Part shown: piece after piece, positions 46,691-57,654 of the stretch | Position numbering within the stretch: the stretch's first letter is position 1 | How the letters are laid out: each line of letters opens with the position of its first letter | From: Candidatus Kapaibacterium sp. | Lineage (GTDB): Bacteria; Bacteroidota; Ignavibacteria; Kapaibacteriales; WFXC01 | Length of the DNA stretch: 64,000 nucleotides | Direction: 5' to 3' | Assembly: GCA_015490805.1 (NCBI GenBank) | Contig: WFXC01000034.1 | Location: 24,656 to 88,655 of the forward strand | Translations under genes and position numbers: made by a program | The notes under the pieces: generated by a model | Seen by the model: the letters and a program-made list of their open reading frames with translations, nothing else | Told to the model about the DNA's origin: nothing | The model's database searches: none

Positions 46691-48928
46691 ATGACGGAAG
46701 AACTGTACTCAGAAATTCCAGTCTCCGAAGCCTTAGCGCTGGAATTGGGATTAACGGCTGAAGAGTATCAGCGGATCTTAGAGCTTTTGGGGCGAACGCC
46801 GACCTATACAGAGCTGGGGATGTTCAGTGTGATGTGGAGTGAGCATTGCAGCTATAAAAATTCCCTCCTGTTGCTAAAAACGTTACCCCGCTCTGGTGGA
46901 CGATCGTTGAAAGCGGCAGGAGAAGAAAATGCAGGGCTGATTGATCTGGGAGGTGGCTACGCTCTGGCATTTAAGATCGAAAGTCACAACCATCCATCTG
47001 CAGTCGAACCGTATCAGGGAGCAGCTACAGGTGTCGGAGGCATTCTCCGCGATGTCTTCACCTTAGGTGCGCGCCCCATCGCTGCCTTGAATTCTTTACG
47101 ATTCGGGAGTCCGGATCATCCGCGGACGCCGTATCTCCTGCGTGGCGTTGTCAAAGGCATTGGTGATTACGGAAACTCTTTCGGCGTTCCGACCGTTGCC
47201 GGCGAAGTTTTTTTCGAGGAATGCTACAATGACAATCCCCTGGTCAACGCAATGGCAGTCGGCATTGTGCCCACGGATCGACTGGTCTCTGCCATTGCCA
47301 GAGGTCCGGGCAATCCGGTGATGATTATGGGAAATAGCACGGGTAGAGATGGGATTCACGGAGCTTCCCTCCTTGCATCTCGCGAGTTCGGCGATGCAGC
47401 GGAGGATATGCGGCCCACCGTTCAGGTTGGGGATCCCTTTATGGAGAAGAAGTTGCTGGAGGCAACGCTGGAGTTGATCGATGCTGGCATTGTCGTTGGT
47501 ATGCAGGATATGGGTGCGGCGGGTATTTGTAGTTCTACGGCAGAAACGGCTGCTCGTGGTGGCGTTGGTATGCGACTGGATCTGGACGAAGTACCACTGC
47601 GAGAACCGGATATGTCAGCCTACGAAATTATGCTCTCTGAGTCTCAGGAGCGAATGCTGGTAATTCTCAAAGCCGGCACAGAGGATATTGCGCAGCGAAT
47701 TTGTGAGAAATGGGATATACCCATCGTCCAGTTTGGCACTGTGACGGATGACGGAATGCTGCGCGTCTATCGACACGGGCGATGCGTTGCTTTGCTCCCG
47801 GCAACGGCACTGGCAGCAGGCTATGGCGCACCGGTGTATCAGCGCGAGCAGAAGGTGGCTTCTTATTTTGCTAAAACTTCCACTTACGACCCCTCCTCGC
47901 TGCCAGAACCAGCATCGTACGAAGAGGTGTTCTGGCAACTCCTCAGTTCACCGAACATCGCCAGTAAACGGTGGGTGTTCGAGCAATACGATTCGCAGGT
48001 TGGAACGAACACCGTGCAGAAGGCGCTACTGGACAGCGCAGTGATCCGGTTGAAAGAGCGTCCACCAATGGCAATTGCGTTGACAACCGATTGTAACAGC
48101 CGATATGTGTATCTCCACCCGCGTCGAGGAGCTCAAATTGCCGTTGCTGAGGCAGCTCGGAACGTTGCCTGTGCTGGTGCTGAGCCAGTAGGTATTACGA
48201 ATTGCCTGAACTTTGGTAATCCGTACGATCCAGAAATTTACTGGCAGTTTGCGGAAGCAATTGCTGGAATGGCAGAAGCCTGCCGGGCATTTGAAATTCC
48301 AGTGACTGGAGGCAATGTGAGTTTTCACAACGAGTCACAGAACTATGCTGTTTTCCCCACCCCGACCATCGGAATGGTCGGCATTCTGCCGGATGTTGAT
48401 AAAGTCGTCGGTGGAGCTTTTCTTGTAGAAGGAGACCTCATTGCCCTGGTGGGACCAGACCGTCGGGAACTGGGTGGATCGGAGTATCTGTTCCTGCGGA
48501 CAGGAAAAGTCACCGGTTTGCCTCCAACCATTGATTGCGAAGAAGAACGGCGGCTGCAAAAGTTTCTGTTTGATGCGGCACAGCAACAGTTTCTCCACTC
48601 CGCCCACGATTGTGCAGAAGGCGGATTGGCAGTTGCGCTGGCGGAAAAGAGCATCGCATCGCCAACTGATATGGGAGCAATTGTGCAGTTGCACGACAAT
48701 CCTTCTGCGGCGTTGCTGTTCGGAGAGTCCCAAACGCGAGTGCTGCTCAGCTTTGACCCGCAGTATCTGGAACCGCTGCAACAATTAGCCCGGCAGTATG
48801 CGCTCCCCTTTCGACTCCTTGGAACGGTCGTCCCGGAAGTTTTTGAGATCAAAGGAGTGTTGAAAACGTCTATAAAAAAACTGCGGCAGGTGTATGAATC
48901 CACCCTACCGGCAATTGCAAAATCGTAG
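46691..48928 (+). CDS. purL: phosphoribosylformylglycinamidine synthase subunit PurL
   Basis: Start at MTEELYSE behind a GAGGAG RBS. PurM-like domains '[25 protein letters not shown]'. Confidence 0.85.
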   Translation: MTEELYSEIPVSEALALELGLTAEEYQRILELLGRTPTYTELGMFSVMWSEHCSYKNSLLLLKTLPRSGGRSLKAAGEENAGLIDLGGGYALAFKIESHNHPSAVEPYQGAATGVGGILRDVFTLGARPIAALNSLRFGSPDHPRTPYLLRGVVKGIGDYGNSFGVPTVAGEVFFEECYNDNPLVNAMAVGIVPTDRLVSAIARGPGNPVMIMGNSTGRDGIHGASLLASREFGDAAEDMRPTVQVGDPFMEKKLLEATLELIDAGIVVGMQDMGAAGICSSTAETAARGGVGMRLDLDEVPLREPDMSAYEIMLSESQERMLVILKAGTEDIAQRICEKWDIPIVQFGTVTDDGMLRVYRHGRCVALLPATALAAGYGAPVYQREQKVASYFAKTSTYDPSSLPEPASYEEVFWQLLSSPNIASKRWVFEQYDSQVGTNTVQKALLDSAVIRLKERPPMAIALTTDCNSRYVYLHPRRGAQIAVAEAARNVACAGAEPVGITNCLNFGNPYDPEIYWQFAEAIAGMAEACRAFEIPVTGGNVSFHNESQNYAVFPTPTIGMVGILPDVDKVVGGAFLVEGDLIALVGPDRRELGGSEYLFLRTGKVTGLPPTIDCEEERRLQKFLFDAAQQQFLHSAHDCAEGGLAVALAEKSIASPTDMGAIVQLHDNPSAALLFGESQTRVLLSFDPQYLEPLQQLARQYALPFRLLGTVVPEVFEIKGVLKTSIKKLRQVYESTLPAIAKS

Positions 48929-48962
48929 AGAAGTGAGTACGACAAATTTGATCTGAGCAAAA

Positions 48963-51536
48963 ATGATGAGTTCCGAGGAAGTTCGATCTTCGTTTCTGGA
49001 ATTTTTCCGTGAAAAAGGGCACACCATCGTTCCCAGTGCTCCGGTCATTCCCCACGGAGATCCGACCCTTTTGTTCACCAACGCCGGGATGAATCAATTC
49101 AAGGATGTCTTTTTGGGAACGGGAACCCGTCCCTATACCCGGGCGGCGGACACGCAGAAGTGTATTCGTGTAAGCGGCAAGCACAACGATCTGGAAGAAG
49201 TCGGGTATGACACTTACCACCACACCTTCTTTGAAATGTTGGGCAACTGGAGTTTCGGGGATTACTACAAGGAAGAAGCTATTGCTTATGCGTGGGAATT
49301 GCTGGTAGACCGGTGGAAGCTTCCGGTCGAACGACTGCATGCCACTGTATTTCGCACTGATGACGAAGCCTATCAGATCTGGCTGCGGTATCTGCCACCG
49401 GAACGAATTCATCGGTTCGATGAGAAAGATAACTTCTGGGAGATGGGTGACACCGGTCCCTGCGGACCATCAACGGAGATCCACTTTGACCGTACTCCTG
49501 ACCTATCGGGAGCAGCATTGGTGAACGCTGGTACCCCCGATGTCATTGAAATCTGGAATCTGGTCTTCATTCAGTTCAATCGCCTGCCGGACGGGACGCT
49601 TCAGCCACTGCAGAAAAAACACGTTGATACCGGAATGGGCCTGGAGCGGATCGTTGCCATTTTGCAGAATAAGTGGTCCAATTACGATACAGACTTATTC
49701 CAGCCTCTGATCCGGGCACTGGAGGAGCTCAGCGGACGCCCCTACCCTGCTGATCCGGAGCAACTGCTCCATCCGGATGGAGTTGCAATGCGGGTTATCG
49801 CTGATCACGTTCGTGCGCTTTCCTTTGCTATTGCGGACGGCGCCTTGCCGGGTAACGAAGGGCGAGGATATGTGCTCCGACGGATTCTCCGCCGCGCCGC
49901 TCGCTATGCCCGGAACCTGGGTTTCCATACTCCGGTAATTTATCAGTTAGTTCCGGTGCTGGTTGACAAAATGGGCAAGGTGTTCCCTGAATTGCAGGAG
50001 CAACAATCCACGATTGAGCGTACTATTCGGTCGGAAGAAGAAGTGTTCCTGGCAACGCTGGACCGTGGTATTGCCCACTTCGAGACGGTAGTGGCGCAAT
50101 TGGAAAAAGAGGGCAAAAAGGTCATTCCGGGCGAGGCAGCCTTTCTGCTGTACGATACTTTTGGCTTCCCCCTGGATTTGACCCAATTGATGGCACGTGA
50201 GCGTGGACTGAGGGTCGATACAGAGCGATTTGAGCAGTTGATGCAGGAACAACGGGAGCGGTCCCGGCAAGCCCGGAAGGTCGAGCAGGTGGAAGTAATT
50301 ACGCCGCAGGACACGGCGGAGTCAGAGTTCATTGGTTACGAAACCTTAGAAGGTGAAAGTCGCATTGTCTGGGTCGAGGATAATAAAGTGGCGCTGGCAG
50401 CGACGCCGTTTTACGCAGAAGCCGGTGGACAGGTTGCTGACACGGGCACACTGGAAATTGAGGGAGAACGCTATCGGGTGAAGGATGTACAGCGCGTCGG
50501 CAATTTGATAGTCCACTTTGTAGATCGCCCGGTGACTGCTTCGGCTGGTGCGCGCGTTCTTGCAAAGGTCGATGCTCGGCGGCGGCAGGAAATTCGCACC
50601 CATCATTCTGCAACGCATATTTTGCACGAAGCTCTCCGCCGGGTGCTGGGAAGTCACGTAAAACAAGCAGGATCGCTGGTGGCTCCCGATCACCTCCGCT
50701 TCGACTTTTCCCATTACGAAAAGCTAACGCCGGAACAACTCCGGGAAATTGAAGAGATAGTCAACGAGAAGATCCGGGAAAACATCGAGGTGTACACAGA
50801 GGTGATGCCGTTAGAGAAAGCACAGAAAATTCCCAATGTAAAGATGTTTTTCGGTGATAAATACGGCGACATCGTGCGGGTAGTCTTTATCGATGAGAAA
50901 TTTTCCGTTGAGTTGTGCGGCGGCACGCATGTGGGGAGAACGCCGGAGATTGGGCTGGTAAAAATTGTGGAGGAATCTTCTGTTGCCGCCGGTGTGCGAC
51001 GTGTTGTCGCCGTTTCTTCCGAGGCGGCGGAGGCGTATGTGCGGCAGCTTGAGGATCAACTGGAACAGGCAGCCGAACGGGAGCGGGAGCTGATGGAAAA
51101 AATTCGGAAGCTGGAAAAGCAACTGGAAAATTTCAAGGTGGAATCAATGAAACGCCAATTAGAAGAGGTAACTGCACAATCACAGCCTGTAAATGGAATC
51201 CGGGTGGTGACGCGTATTTTTGAAGATGTAACGGTAGATCAGTTGAAGCAGCTGGCAGATTTTTTCCGTGCCACGGTGAAGAAACAGGGGATTGTGTTGC
51301 TGGCAACAATCCGCAAAGACAAAGTGCAATTGGTGTGTGCTGTAACTGATGATCTGCGCGAGCGCCTCCCTGCCGGAACCTTAGTGCGTGAAGTTGCCCG
51401 GCAGTTAGGCGGTGGTGGCGGTGGGCAATCGCATATGGCGACTGCCGGTGGTCGGGATGTTGCCAGCTTGCCAGCGGTACTGGAGGCTTTTCCCGCGCTG
51501 GTGCAGTCAAAACTTGAAACTCCTGCCTCCTCATAA
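48963..51536 (+). CDS. alaS: alanine--tRNA ligase
   Basis: 'FLEFFREKGHTIVPSAPV', 'FTNAGMNQFK', 'WSFGDYYKEEAI' and a C-terminal 'GGGGGQSHMATAGG' DHHA1 motif. 857 aa. Confidence 0.9.
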   Translation: MMSSEEVRSSFLEFFREKGHTIVPSAPVIPHGDPTLLFTNAGMNQFKDVFLGTGTRPYTRAADTQKCIRVSGKHNDLEEVGYDTYHHTFFEMLGNWSFGDYYKEEAIAYAWELLVDRWKLPVERLHATVFRTDDEAYQIWLRYLPPERIHRFDEKDNFWEMGDTGPCGPSTEIHFDRTPDLSGAALVNAGTPDVIEIWNLVFIQFNRLPDGTLQPLQKKHVDTGMGLERIVAILQNKWSNYDTDLFQPLIRALEELSGRPYPADPEQLLHPDGVAMRVIADHVRALSFAIADGALPGNEGRGYVLRRILRRAARYARNLGFHTPVIYQLVPVLVDKMGKVFPELQEQQSTIERTIRSEEEVFLATLDRGIAHFETVVAQLEKEGKKVIPGEAAFLLYDTFGFPLDLTQLMARERGLRVDTERFEQLMQEQRERSRQARKVEQVEVITPQDTAESEFIGYETLEGESRIVWVEDNKVALAATPFYAEAGGQVADTGTLEIEGERYRVKDVQRVGNLIVHFVDRPVTASAGARVLAKVDARRRQEIRTHHSATHILHEALRRVLGSHVKQAGSLVAPDHLRFDFSHYEKLTPEQLREIEEIVNEKIRENIEVYTEVMPLEKAQKIPNVKMFFGDKYGDIVRVVFIDEKFSVELCGGTHVGRTPEIGLVKIVEESSVAAGVRRVVAVSSEAAEAYVRQLEDQLEQAAERERELMEKIRKLEKQLENFKVESMKRQLEEVTAQSQPVNGIRVVTRIFEDVTVDQLKQLADFFRATVKKQGIVLLATIRKDKVQLVCAVTDDLRERLPAGTLVREVARQLGGGGGGQSHMATAGGRDVASLPAVLEAFPALVQSKLETPASS

Positions 51537-51569
51537 AGTGGTCGTTTGTTGCGTTAAGGTGCTCGAAAG

Positions 51570-52853
51570 ATGAAGGTTTTGGTGCTTGGAAAAGGTGGTC
51601 GGGAACACGCTTTAGCGTATGCCCTATCTCAATCCCCGACCGTTGAGCGTTTGTATGCTATCCCTGGCAATCCGGGCATAGCACGCCTTGGTGATATTCA
51701 TCTGGAAATTTCCATCAATGATTACGACCAGATCCTTGCGTTCTGCAAAACCCACGATCTGGATTTCGTGGTTGTTGGACCGGAAGATCCGCTTGCCGGT
51801 GGTATTGCTGATGTTCTGGAAGCAGCCGGTATACCCGTGTTTGGACCGCAGAAAGCAGCGGCACAATTAGAAGCCTCCAAGGCATTTGCGAAAAAGGTTA
51901 TGCAGCAAGCAGGGATTCCCACCGCAGCGTATCAGGTGTTCACCGAAGATCAGCTTGCAGCCGCACTCCAGTTTGTGGAAACGCTGAGTCTTCCAGTCGT
52001 GATCAAAGCTGATGGATTGGCAGCCGGTAAAGGAGTTATTATTGCGGAAACGTTGCCTGAGGCGGAATCGACGCTCCGGAGTTTCTTTGCAGGAAAGTTC
52101 GGCCGCGCCAGTCAACGTGTCGTTGTTGAAGAATTTCTCCAGGGGTATGAAGCGTCTGTCTTTGCTATCGCAGACGGTTTCGATTTTCTATTGCTGGCTC
52201 CTGCCCAGGATCACAAGCGAGCGTACGATGGTGATCAGGGACCCAATACCGGTGGTATGGGAGCGTATGCTCCAACGCCGTTGGTGGATGCAGCACTGCT
52301 AAGGAAAGTGTCCGAGCGGATTGTCCAACCGCTGCTTCAGTATATGAGGGATCAGGGAACTCCTTACAGGGGATGCCTGTACTGCGGATTGATGATTGTG
52401 GATGGTGATCCGTACGTGCTGGAATTCAATGTGCGGTTCGGGGATCCAGAGGCTCAGGTGGTGCTCCCAATTATTCAGGGAGATGTTGCGCAACTGCTGT
52501 ACTCTGCTGCTACTGGGATACTGATCCCTGAAAGTGTCACAGAAGTTGCGGCGCAGTATGCGTGCTGTGTGGTCTTGGCTTCAGAAGGATACCCGGGTTC
52601 GGTAGAAACCGGAAAGGTAATTACCGGGATTGAGGCAGCAGAGGAACTTGGCGCTATTGTGTTCCACGCCGGTACGAAGCGGAATGACCGAGGACAGCTT
52701 GTCACAGCGGGTGGTCGGGTTCTGGGTGTCACCGGACTGGGAACGACCTTAGAAGCAGCTCGCGATTTAGCCTATCGCGCTGCAGACCAAATTCACTTCG
52801 AGGGCAAATGGTATCGATCCGATATTGCCTGGCAAGCCGTGCAATCTTCGTGA
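51570..52853 (+). CDS. purD: phosphoribosylamine--glycine ligase
   Basis: 'MKVLVLGKGGREHALA' and ATP-grasp motifs. 427 aa. Confidence 0.9.
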   Translation: MKVLVLGKGGREHALAYALSQSPTVERLYAIPGNPGIARLGDIHLEISINDYDQILAFCKTHDLDFVVVGPEDPLAGGIADVLEAAGIPVFGPQKAAAQLEASKAFAKKVMQQAGIPTAAYQVFTEDQLAAALQFVETLSLPVVIKADGLAAGKGVIIAETLPEAESTLRSFFAGKFGRASQRVVVEEFLQGYEASVFAIADGFDFLLLAPAQDHKRAYDGDQGPNTGGMGAYAPTPLVDAALLRKVSERIVQPLLQYMRDQGTPYRGCLYCGLMIVDGDPYVLEFNVRFGDPEAQVVLPIIQGDVAQLLYSAATGILIPESVTEVAAQYACCVVLASEGYPGSVETGKVITGIEAAEELGAIVFHAGTKRNDRGQLVTAGGRVLGVTGLGTTLEAARDLAYRAADQIHFEGKWYRSDIAWQAVQSS

Positions 52854-52910
52854 AAAAACCTTTTTACTTTGTACAGGCAAGAAAAATCTTTCTCACCGCA
52901 GGGAACGACG

Positions 52911-52940
52911 CGTGCGGAGGGATTGTACCCCTACCGCACG
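52911..52940. terminator. GC-rich hairpin between convergent purD and phosphoesterase-like genes (candidate bidirectional terminator)
   Basis: CGTGCGGAGGG ... CCCCTACCGCACG inverted repeat. It overlaps the minus-strand stop codon. Confidence 0.4.
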
Positions 52941-53659
52941 TCACCTGTTTCCACCTTCCGGCGGCGAAGATCTATTACAGCATAATCCCCTTCGGCGAGT
53001 TTACCGGGTGATACCACCAGGGTAGTGCCGAGAAACTCGTGATAGAATTCTTTGTCATCCACGATAGCTGCAACGGGAGCGAAAGTCTTGATCAGTTCCT
53101 CTAAGGTTGTTGATCCATCTCGATTCATCCCTTTGTGCGAAGGTGGAGTCGAGAACAGGAAAACTTTGACGTAATCTTTGAGCTCATTGAGAATTTTGAG
53201 CTCGTACTCCACCATCCAGCCAGGATATCGCAGTTCCTCGTGCTCCTCAGGTGTTACGTGTTCATCATCCAGTATATGTCCCCCCATCCCGACGAAAGCA
53301 ATATGTCCGGGCCCAAAAGCGACTTTTCCGTGGACTCCCTTGAGCATTGGGAAAACCAACTCGATATTATAAGCCTCTCGCAAATATTGATATAGGGGGA
53401 CATCCTGCGGTCCCGGAATGTAAAACACAGGAACGTGGAAATGCCCGGCGATCTTGAAAATAGCTTTGTACTGTGCTACTTTGTCTTGGGTATTTGGGTC
53501 AGCCAGATTCCCGATCAACGCCACCGCATCAATATCGGCAGAATCTACTACTTCGGTTAAGCGGTTTAGGTACTCCGTATTTCCTGTAACATTCGTTGTG
53601 GCCAGCACACGTCGCACGTGTTTTCGCATTTCTCTCCCCTTTCTTTTGTTCGACAGCAC
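52931..53659 (-). CDS. calcineurin-like metallophosphoesterase-fold protein with non-canonical metal-site motifs
   Basis: MPP-fold layout, but motif I reads 'ATTNVTGN', motif II 'IGNLAD' and motif III 'IPGPQD'. The start is possibly the internal Met (MRKHVRR) at about 53629. Confidence 0.45.
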   Translation of the reverse strand: MLSNKRKGREMRKHVRRVLATTNVTGNTEYLNRLTEVVDSADIDAVALIGNLADPNTQDKVAQYKAIFKIAGHFHVPVFYIPGPQDVPLYQYLREAYNIELVFPMLKGVHGKVAFGPGHIAFVGMGGHILDDEHVTPEEHEELRYPGWMVEYELKILNELKDYVKVFLFSTPPSHKGMNRDGSTTLEELIKTFAPVAAIVDDKEFYHEFLGTTLVVSPGKLAEGDYAVIDLRRRKVETGDVR

Positions 53660-53735
53660 TTTAATTTTTTAGTTAAAGACGATTTTATCAAAAACTCATT
53701 GAGACGCCAAATAGTGGAAGCATTACCGGAGGAAG

Positions 53736-54932
53736 CTATGGGACTGGGAGCACGAAACAGATATCGCCAGGGTTGAGTCCAACCTCAAAGGTGAATTTAG
53801 GAGCTGATTGATTTGGTGCAAAGATCAGAATTTCCCCTGGAGAGACGAAATCCCTGGCGTCAGCAATCCAGATTGATCCATCGACAGGAGAAATAGCCAT
53901 AGCGTACCAGTGGTGGTATGGAGAGGATCGTCGGCTGAGCACCGTCGAAAGCGAGTCCTGAATGACATATAAGGCGGTGTCACTGAGAACGAAACATCGT
54001 TGAGATAAAGAATCCCACCACAGTTGAACAGGTTCCGCAATTTTCCAGTGTCCTGTGACCTGCAGGGTGTGTCGATCCAGTGCCACAACCCCTCCAATGG
54101 AATCTTTGAGCGATGGAAGATGGTAGTATCCCACAAAAATCGTGTTGTTCCCTACCGTTACCATTGTGGGATTGGGCGGGAGTGGAATTTTCTGAATTTC
54201 TGTCATTGTTACCGGGTCAATCACAGAGAGCGTATTGGCACCTGGCTCAGTGGTTCGGAAATCTCCATAGCCGGAGTTTACAACATAGAGGTAACGACCA
54301 TCGGTGGCAATTTCTTCGGGCGCAGGTCCAACCGCGACCTCCCGGCCGGTTACCTGCATCGTCGCAGGATTGAATTCGATGACTTTGTCCTGGTTCAGGA
54401 TAGTCACATACCCACGAGCGGAGTCCAGAATGCACAGGTGACGCGGTTGTGCCTCGCCCAGTTCGAGACGATTAATCCATTGGCCGGTCCGGGCATTGAG
54501 CTGCTCAATCGTCCGGGATTCCGTGACGGCGATGAATAGTGTATCACCTTGTAACGCCATATCATTGCCTGTATCCCCTAAGCGGAGCTGGCAGTTCTGC
54601 TTCCGGAAAAATTCGTTGTACACCGTTGCTGTTGTAAGATCAAACCGGCTCAGCGTTGAATTATCGTATTTCCATAGCCCCTCACAGAGAATGTAAGCAG
54701 CAGGCAGATGGAGTTGTTCCTGAGCAATTTGATTGCATTGCGGGACCTGCTCAGAAGTGCAACCAAATAGCCCGAATCCCAGTAGTAATAGACCCAACCA
54801 CCAGATGTAAGTTCCGGATCGGTGAATTTTCTTCAGAGAGTAAACTTCTGCAGCAATCGGTAATCGCATATTTTTCCGGATTGCATTTCCGATATGCGGT
54901 GTGTGACCAGTTGATCGGTTTTGTACATCCAT
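53736..54932 (-). CDS. YVTN-family beta-propeller repeat lipoprotein
   Basis: 'GRYLYVVNSGYGDF...NTLSVIDPVT' YVTN repeats. Probable lipobox LFGC after an internal Met (MRLPIA...). Confidence 0.6.
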   Translation of the reverse strand: MDVQNRSTGHTPHIGNAIRKNMRLPIAAEVYSLKKIHRSGTYIWWLGLLLLGFGLFGCTSEQVPQCNQIAQEQLHLPAAYILCEGLWKYDNSTLSRFDLTTATVYNEFFRKQNCQLRLGDTGNDMALQGDTLFIAVTESRTIEQLNARTGQWINRLELGEAQPRHLCILDSARGYVTILNQDKVIEFNPATMQVTGREVAVGPAPEEIATDGRYLYVVNSGYGDFRTTEPGANTLSVIDPVTMTEIQKIPLPPNPTMVTVGNNTIFVGYYHLPSLKDSIGGVVALDRHTLQVTGHWKIAEPVQLWWDSLSQRCFVLSDTALYVIQDSLSTVLSRRSSPYHHWYAMAISPVDGSIWIADARDFVSPGEILIFAPNQSAPKFTFEVGLNPGDICFVLPVP

Positions 54933-55078
54933 TGCATTCGCAGAGCATTTGATGGTACGCTACGGGTATATGTACAAAAGCAAAATTTTGTTTTGAAAAT
55001 TTTTCATTTCTTTGCTCGTCACAAAGAAAGTGCAAATTTACGGAAAATGGTGTTGCGCAACAAAGAAGGGATTGCACA

Positions 55079-55657
55079 ATGCAAGGGATGAAGCAAGCGG
55101 TACGATCGTGGCACTATGGGTTCTTTGTGCTGGGCATTGGATTGCTGGCGGTAGTCACCCGACTGCTTCCCCATCCACCGAATTTTGCACCAATGACTGC
55201 TTTGGCCTTGTTTTCGGGAGTAGCTTTTCGATCTCGATGGCTGGGCATTGGATATGTGCTCGGGTTGATGTTCCTGAGTGATGTGTTGTTAGAACTTGCT
55301 TTTGGTTTTGGATTTCACTCTGGAATGCCCGTTGTGTATGGATCCTTGCTGCTGATTGCCCTGCTGGGTGGAACACTCCGAAAGCGATTCCATTTCCTGG
55401 CGATTACGGGAATGACTCTCCTGAGTTCAGTTCTTTTCTTTGCCTTGACAAATCTTGGCGTATGGCTGTTCAGCGGAATGTATCCACATACGCTGGATGG
55501 GCTGGTTTTGTGCTATACGCTGGCAATTCCGTTTTTCCATAATGCGCTGGCAGGTGATATTGTCTACGCTGCTTTGCTCTTTGGAAGCTATGCCTATGCT
55601 CTCGCCCACTTCCCGGCACTTCGGGTATCGCCTAATGCTGTTCGCCTTGCCCACTAA
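55079..55657 (+). CDS. hypothetical polytopic membrane protein (5-6 TM, 'PHPPNFAP' N-terminal motif)
   Basis: Hydrophobic throughout; directly upstream of the ABC exporter. Confidence 0.5.
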   Translation: MQGMKQAVRSWHYGFFVLGIGLLAVVTRLLPHPPNFAPMTALALFSGVAFRSRWLGIGYVLGLMFLSDVLLELAFGFGFHSGMPVVYGSLLLIALLGGTLRKRFHFLAITGMTLLSSVLFFALTNLGVWLFSGMYPHTLDGLVLCYTLAIPFFHNALAGDIVYAALLFGSYAYALAHFPALRVSPNAVRLAH

Positions 55658-55670
55658 GTTGTTGCATTGA

Positions 55671-57521
55671 TTGAAGCTGCTGCTTAGAGCAGTGAGTAGT
55701 GTTGCTGTGCATAAGGATGAAGTCACTGCGCAAGCGGTTAACTGGCGCCTCCTGCGGTGGTTACTCCGATTTTTGAAACCGGAGTGGCAAAAGGTAACCT
55801 TCGCCCTTGCTTTGACCCTGGTAACAACCGTACTGGGTCCGTTGCGTCCGTGGCTGGTGAAGGAAACCATCGATGGGCCCATAGCGGCTGGTGATACCAC
55901 TGGTATTTTTCAGATGGTAGCGCTCGTTCTTGGGGTACTGGTGTTGCACGGTGCTTTGCAATACCTGCTGACGGTGTTGATGGAAAGTATCGGGCAGAGG
56001 ACGATTTACAACATTCGGATGCAGGTGTATGAGCACTTGCTCCGGCTCAATCAACGGTTCTTTGACCTCCATCCCGTAGGTCGCCTGCTAACGCGAGTGA
56101 CAAATGATGTTGAAGCCCTGAATCAGCTTTTCTCCTCCGGATTCGTGATGATGATTGCTGATACTCTGGTGCTGGCCTGGATCGTTGCCTTTATGTTCGC
56201 AACGCATACAATGCTGGCGCTTTTGATGCTGGCAACGCTGCCACTCTTGATGCTGATCTCCTTTGTCTTCCGCCGCCACGTCCGCAGAGCGTACCAGCAA
56301 ATTCGGCAGTTTTTAGCCCGGATGAATGCGTTTTTGAATGAGTTACTCACTGGTATAGCCATCGTGAAGATCTTTACGCAGGAGTGGCGGATGTTTCAAA
56401 AGTTCGATCGGATCAATCAGCAGTACGCTCAGGCGCAGATCCGATCTATCTTTTACTATGCTTTGTTCTTCCCGCTTATCCAGATTGTGAGCTATAGTGC
56501 TATCGGGGCAATGTTGTGGTATGCTTCAGGAGAAGTTCTGGCGGGAACGATGACGATTGGCACCCTGATTGCCTTTGCACAGTATGTGGAAATGATGTTT
56601 CGCCCTATCCGGGATTTGTCTGAAAAATACAATATGCTGCAAAGTGCAATGGTGTCTTCAGAACGGATTTTTGATCTCCTGGAGCAGAAAGCTTTTGTTC
56701 AGCAGAGCGGGAAAGCTGTACCTTTCACCCGGTTACGGGAAAAGATTCGGCTGGATCACGTATGGTTTAGTTATGATGGTCAGCAGTTCGTGCTCCAGGA
56801 TGTGACTTTTGAGATCCCTCGGGGAACAATGGTAGCGTTGGTTGGACATACAGGTGCTGGAAAAACCAGCATTTTTAATCTGCTCCTCCGGTATTATGAG
56901 TTTCAAAAAGGTGATATTCTGATCGATGGGCAGAGCATTCGAGACTATGACATCGCAACGTTGCGAGCGCGCATAGCGCTGGTGATGCAGGATGTGTGGC
57001 TGTTTTCTCGGACCATCCGGGAGAATATTACGCTGGGAGATCCTGCGTACACTGATGAAGACATTATTGCAGCAGCACAGGCTACGGGTGCACATACCTT
57101 CATTCAGCAATTGCCACAGGGATATGATACAGTGCTCACAGAGCGCGGATCTACCCTTTCAACAGGGCAAAAGCAACTCATCGCATTGACGCGGGCATTG
57201 TTGCGAAACCCGGAAATTTTACTGCTGGATGAAGCAACGGCAAATGTTGACTCGCTGACAGAAAAGTTGATCGAGCAGGCACTGGATCGGTTGCTGGAAA
57301 ATCGCACGGCTATTGTCATTGCTCACCGCCTTTCAACCATTCGCCGGGCAGATCAAATCGTTGTTTTGCACAAAGGAAGGGTAGTAGAAATTGGAACGCA
57401 CGAAGCGTTGATGGCAGCAGACCAGTTGTATGCCAAACTCTATCGCCTCCAGTACAAAGAACAGCTCCTGACGAGCGTAAACAATCCGGGAGCTGTGAAA
57501 CTTCCAGAAACGCTACAGTAA
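55671..57521 (+). CDS. ABC transporter, fused permease/ATP-binding exporter (MsbA/type I exporter-like)
   Basis: Six TM helices; Walker A 'GHTGAGKTS', signature 'LSTGQKQLIALTRAL', Walker B 'LLLDEAT'. Confidence 0.8.
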   Translation: MKLLLRAVSSVAVHKDEVTAQAVNWRLLRWLLRFLKPEWQKVTFALALTLVTTVLGPLRPWLVKETIDGPIAAGDTTGIFQMVALVLGVLVLHGALQYLLTVLMESIGQRTIYNIRMQVYEHLLRLNQRFFDLHPVGRLLTRVTNDVEALNQLFSSGFVMMIADTLVLAWIVAFMFATHTMLALLMLATLPLLMLISFVFRRHVRRAYQQIRQFLARMNAFLNELLTGIAIVKIFTQEWRMFQKFDRINQQYAQAQIRSIFYYALFFPLIQIVSYSAIGAMLWYASGEVLAGTMTIGTLIAFAQYVEMMFRPIRDLSEKYNMLQSAMVSSERIFDLLEQKAFVQQSGKAVPFTRLREKIRLDHVWFSYDGQQFVLQDVTFEIPRGTMVALVGHTGAGKTSIFNLLLRYYEFQKGDILIDGQSIRDYDIATLRARIALVMQDVWLFSRTIRENITLGDPAYTDEDIIAAAQATGAHTFIQQLPQGYDTVLTERGSTLSTGQKQLIALTRALLRNPEILLLDEATANVDSLTEKLIEQALDRLLENRTAIVIAHRLSTIRRADQIVVLHKGRVVEIGTHEALMAADQLYAKLYRLQYKEQLLTSVNNPGAVKLPETLQ

Positions 57522-57654
57522 GTATCGCTTGCCTTTCCTGAAGAATTTCCTCTGGGATGTCTCTACTCACACGGGATGCTGCGCGATAAGTGCCGGGTAT
57601 TTCGTATTTTCGCTCCTTCGGTGGAATGAGTAAACGGTATAATTGTGAATCTGG

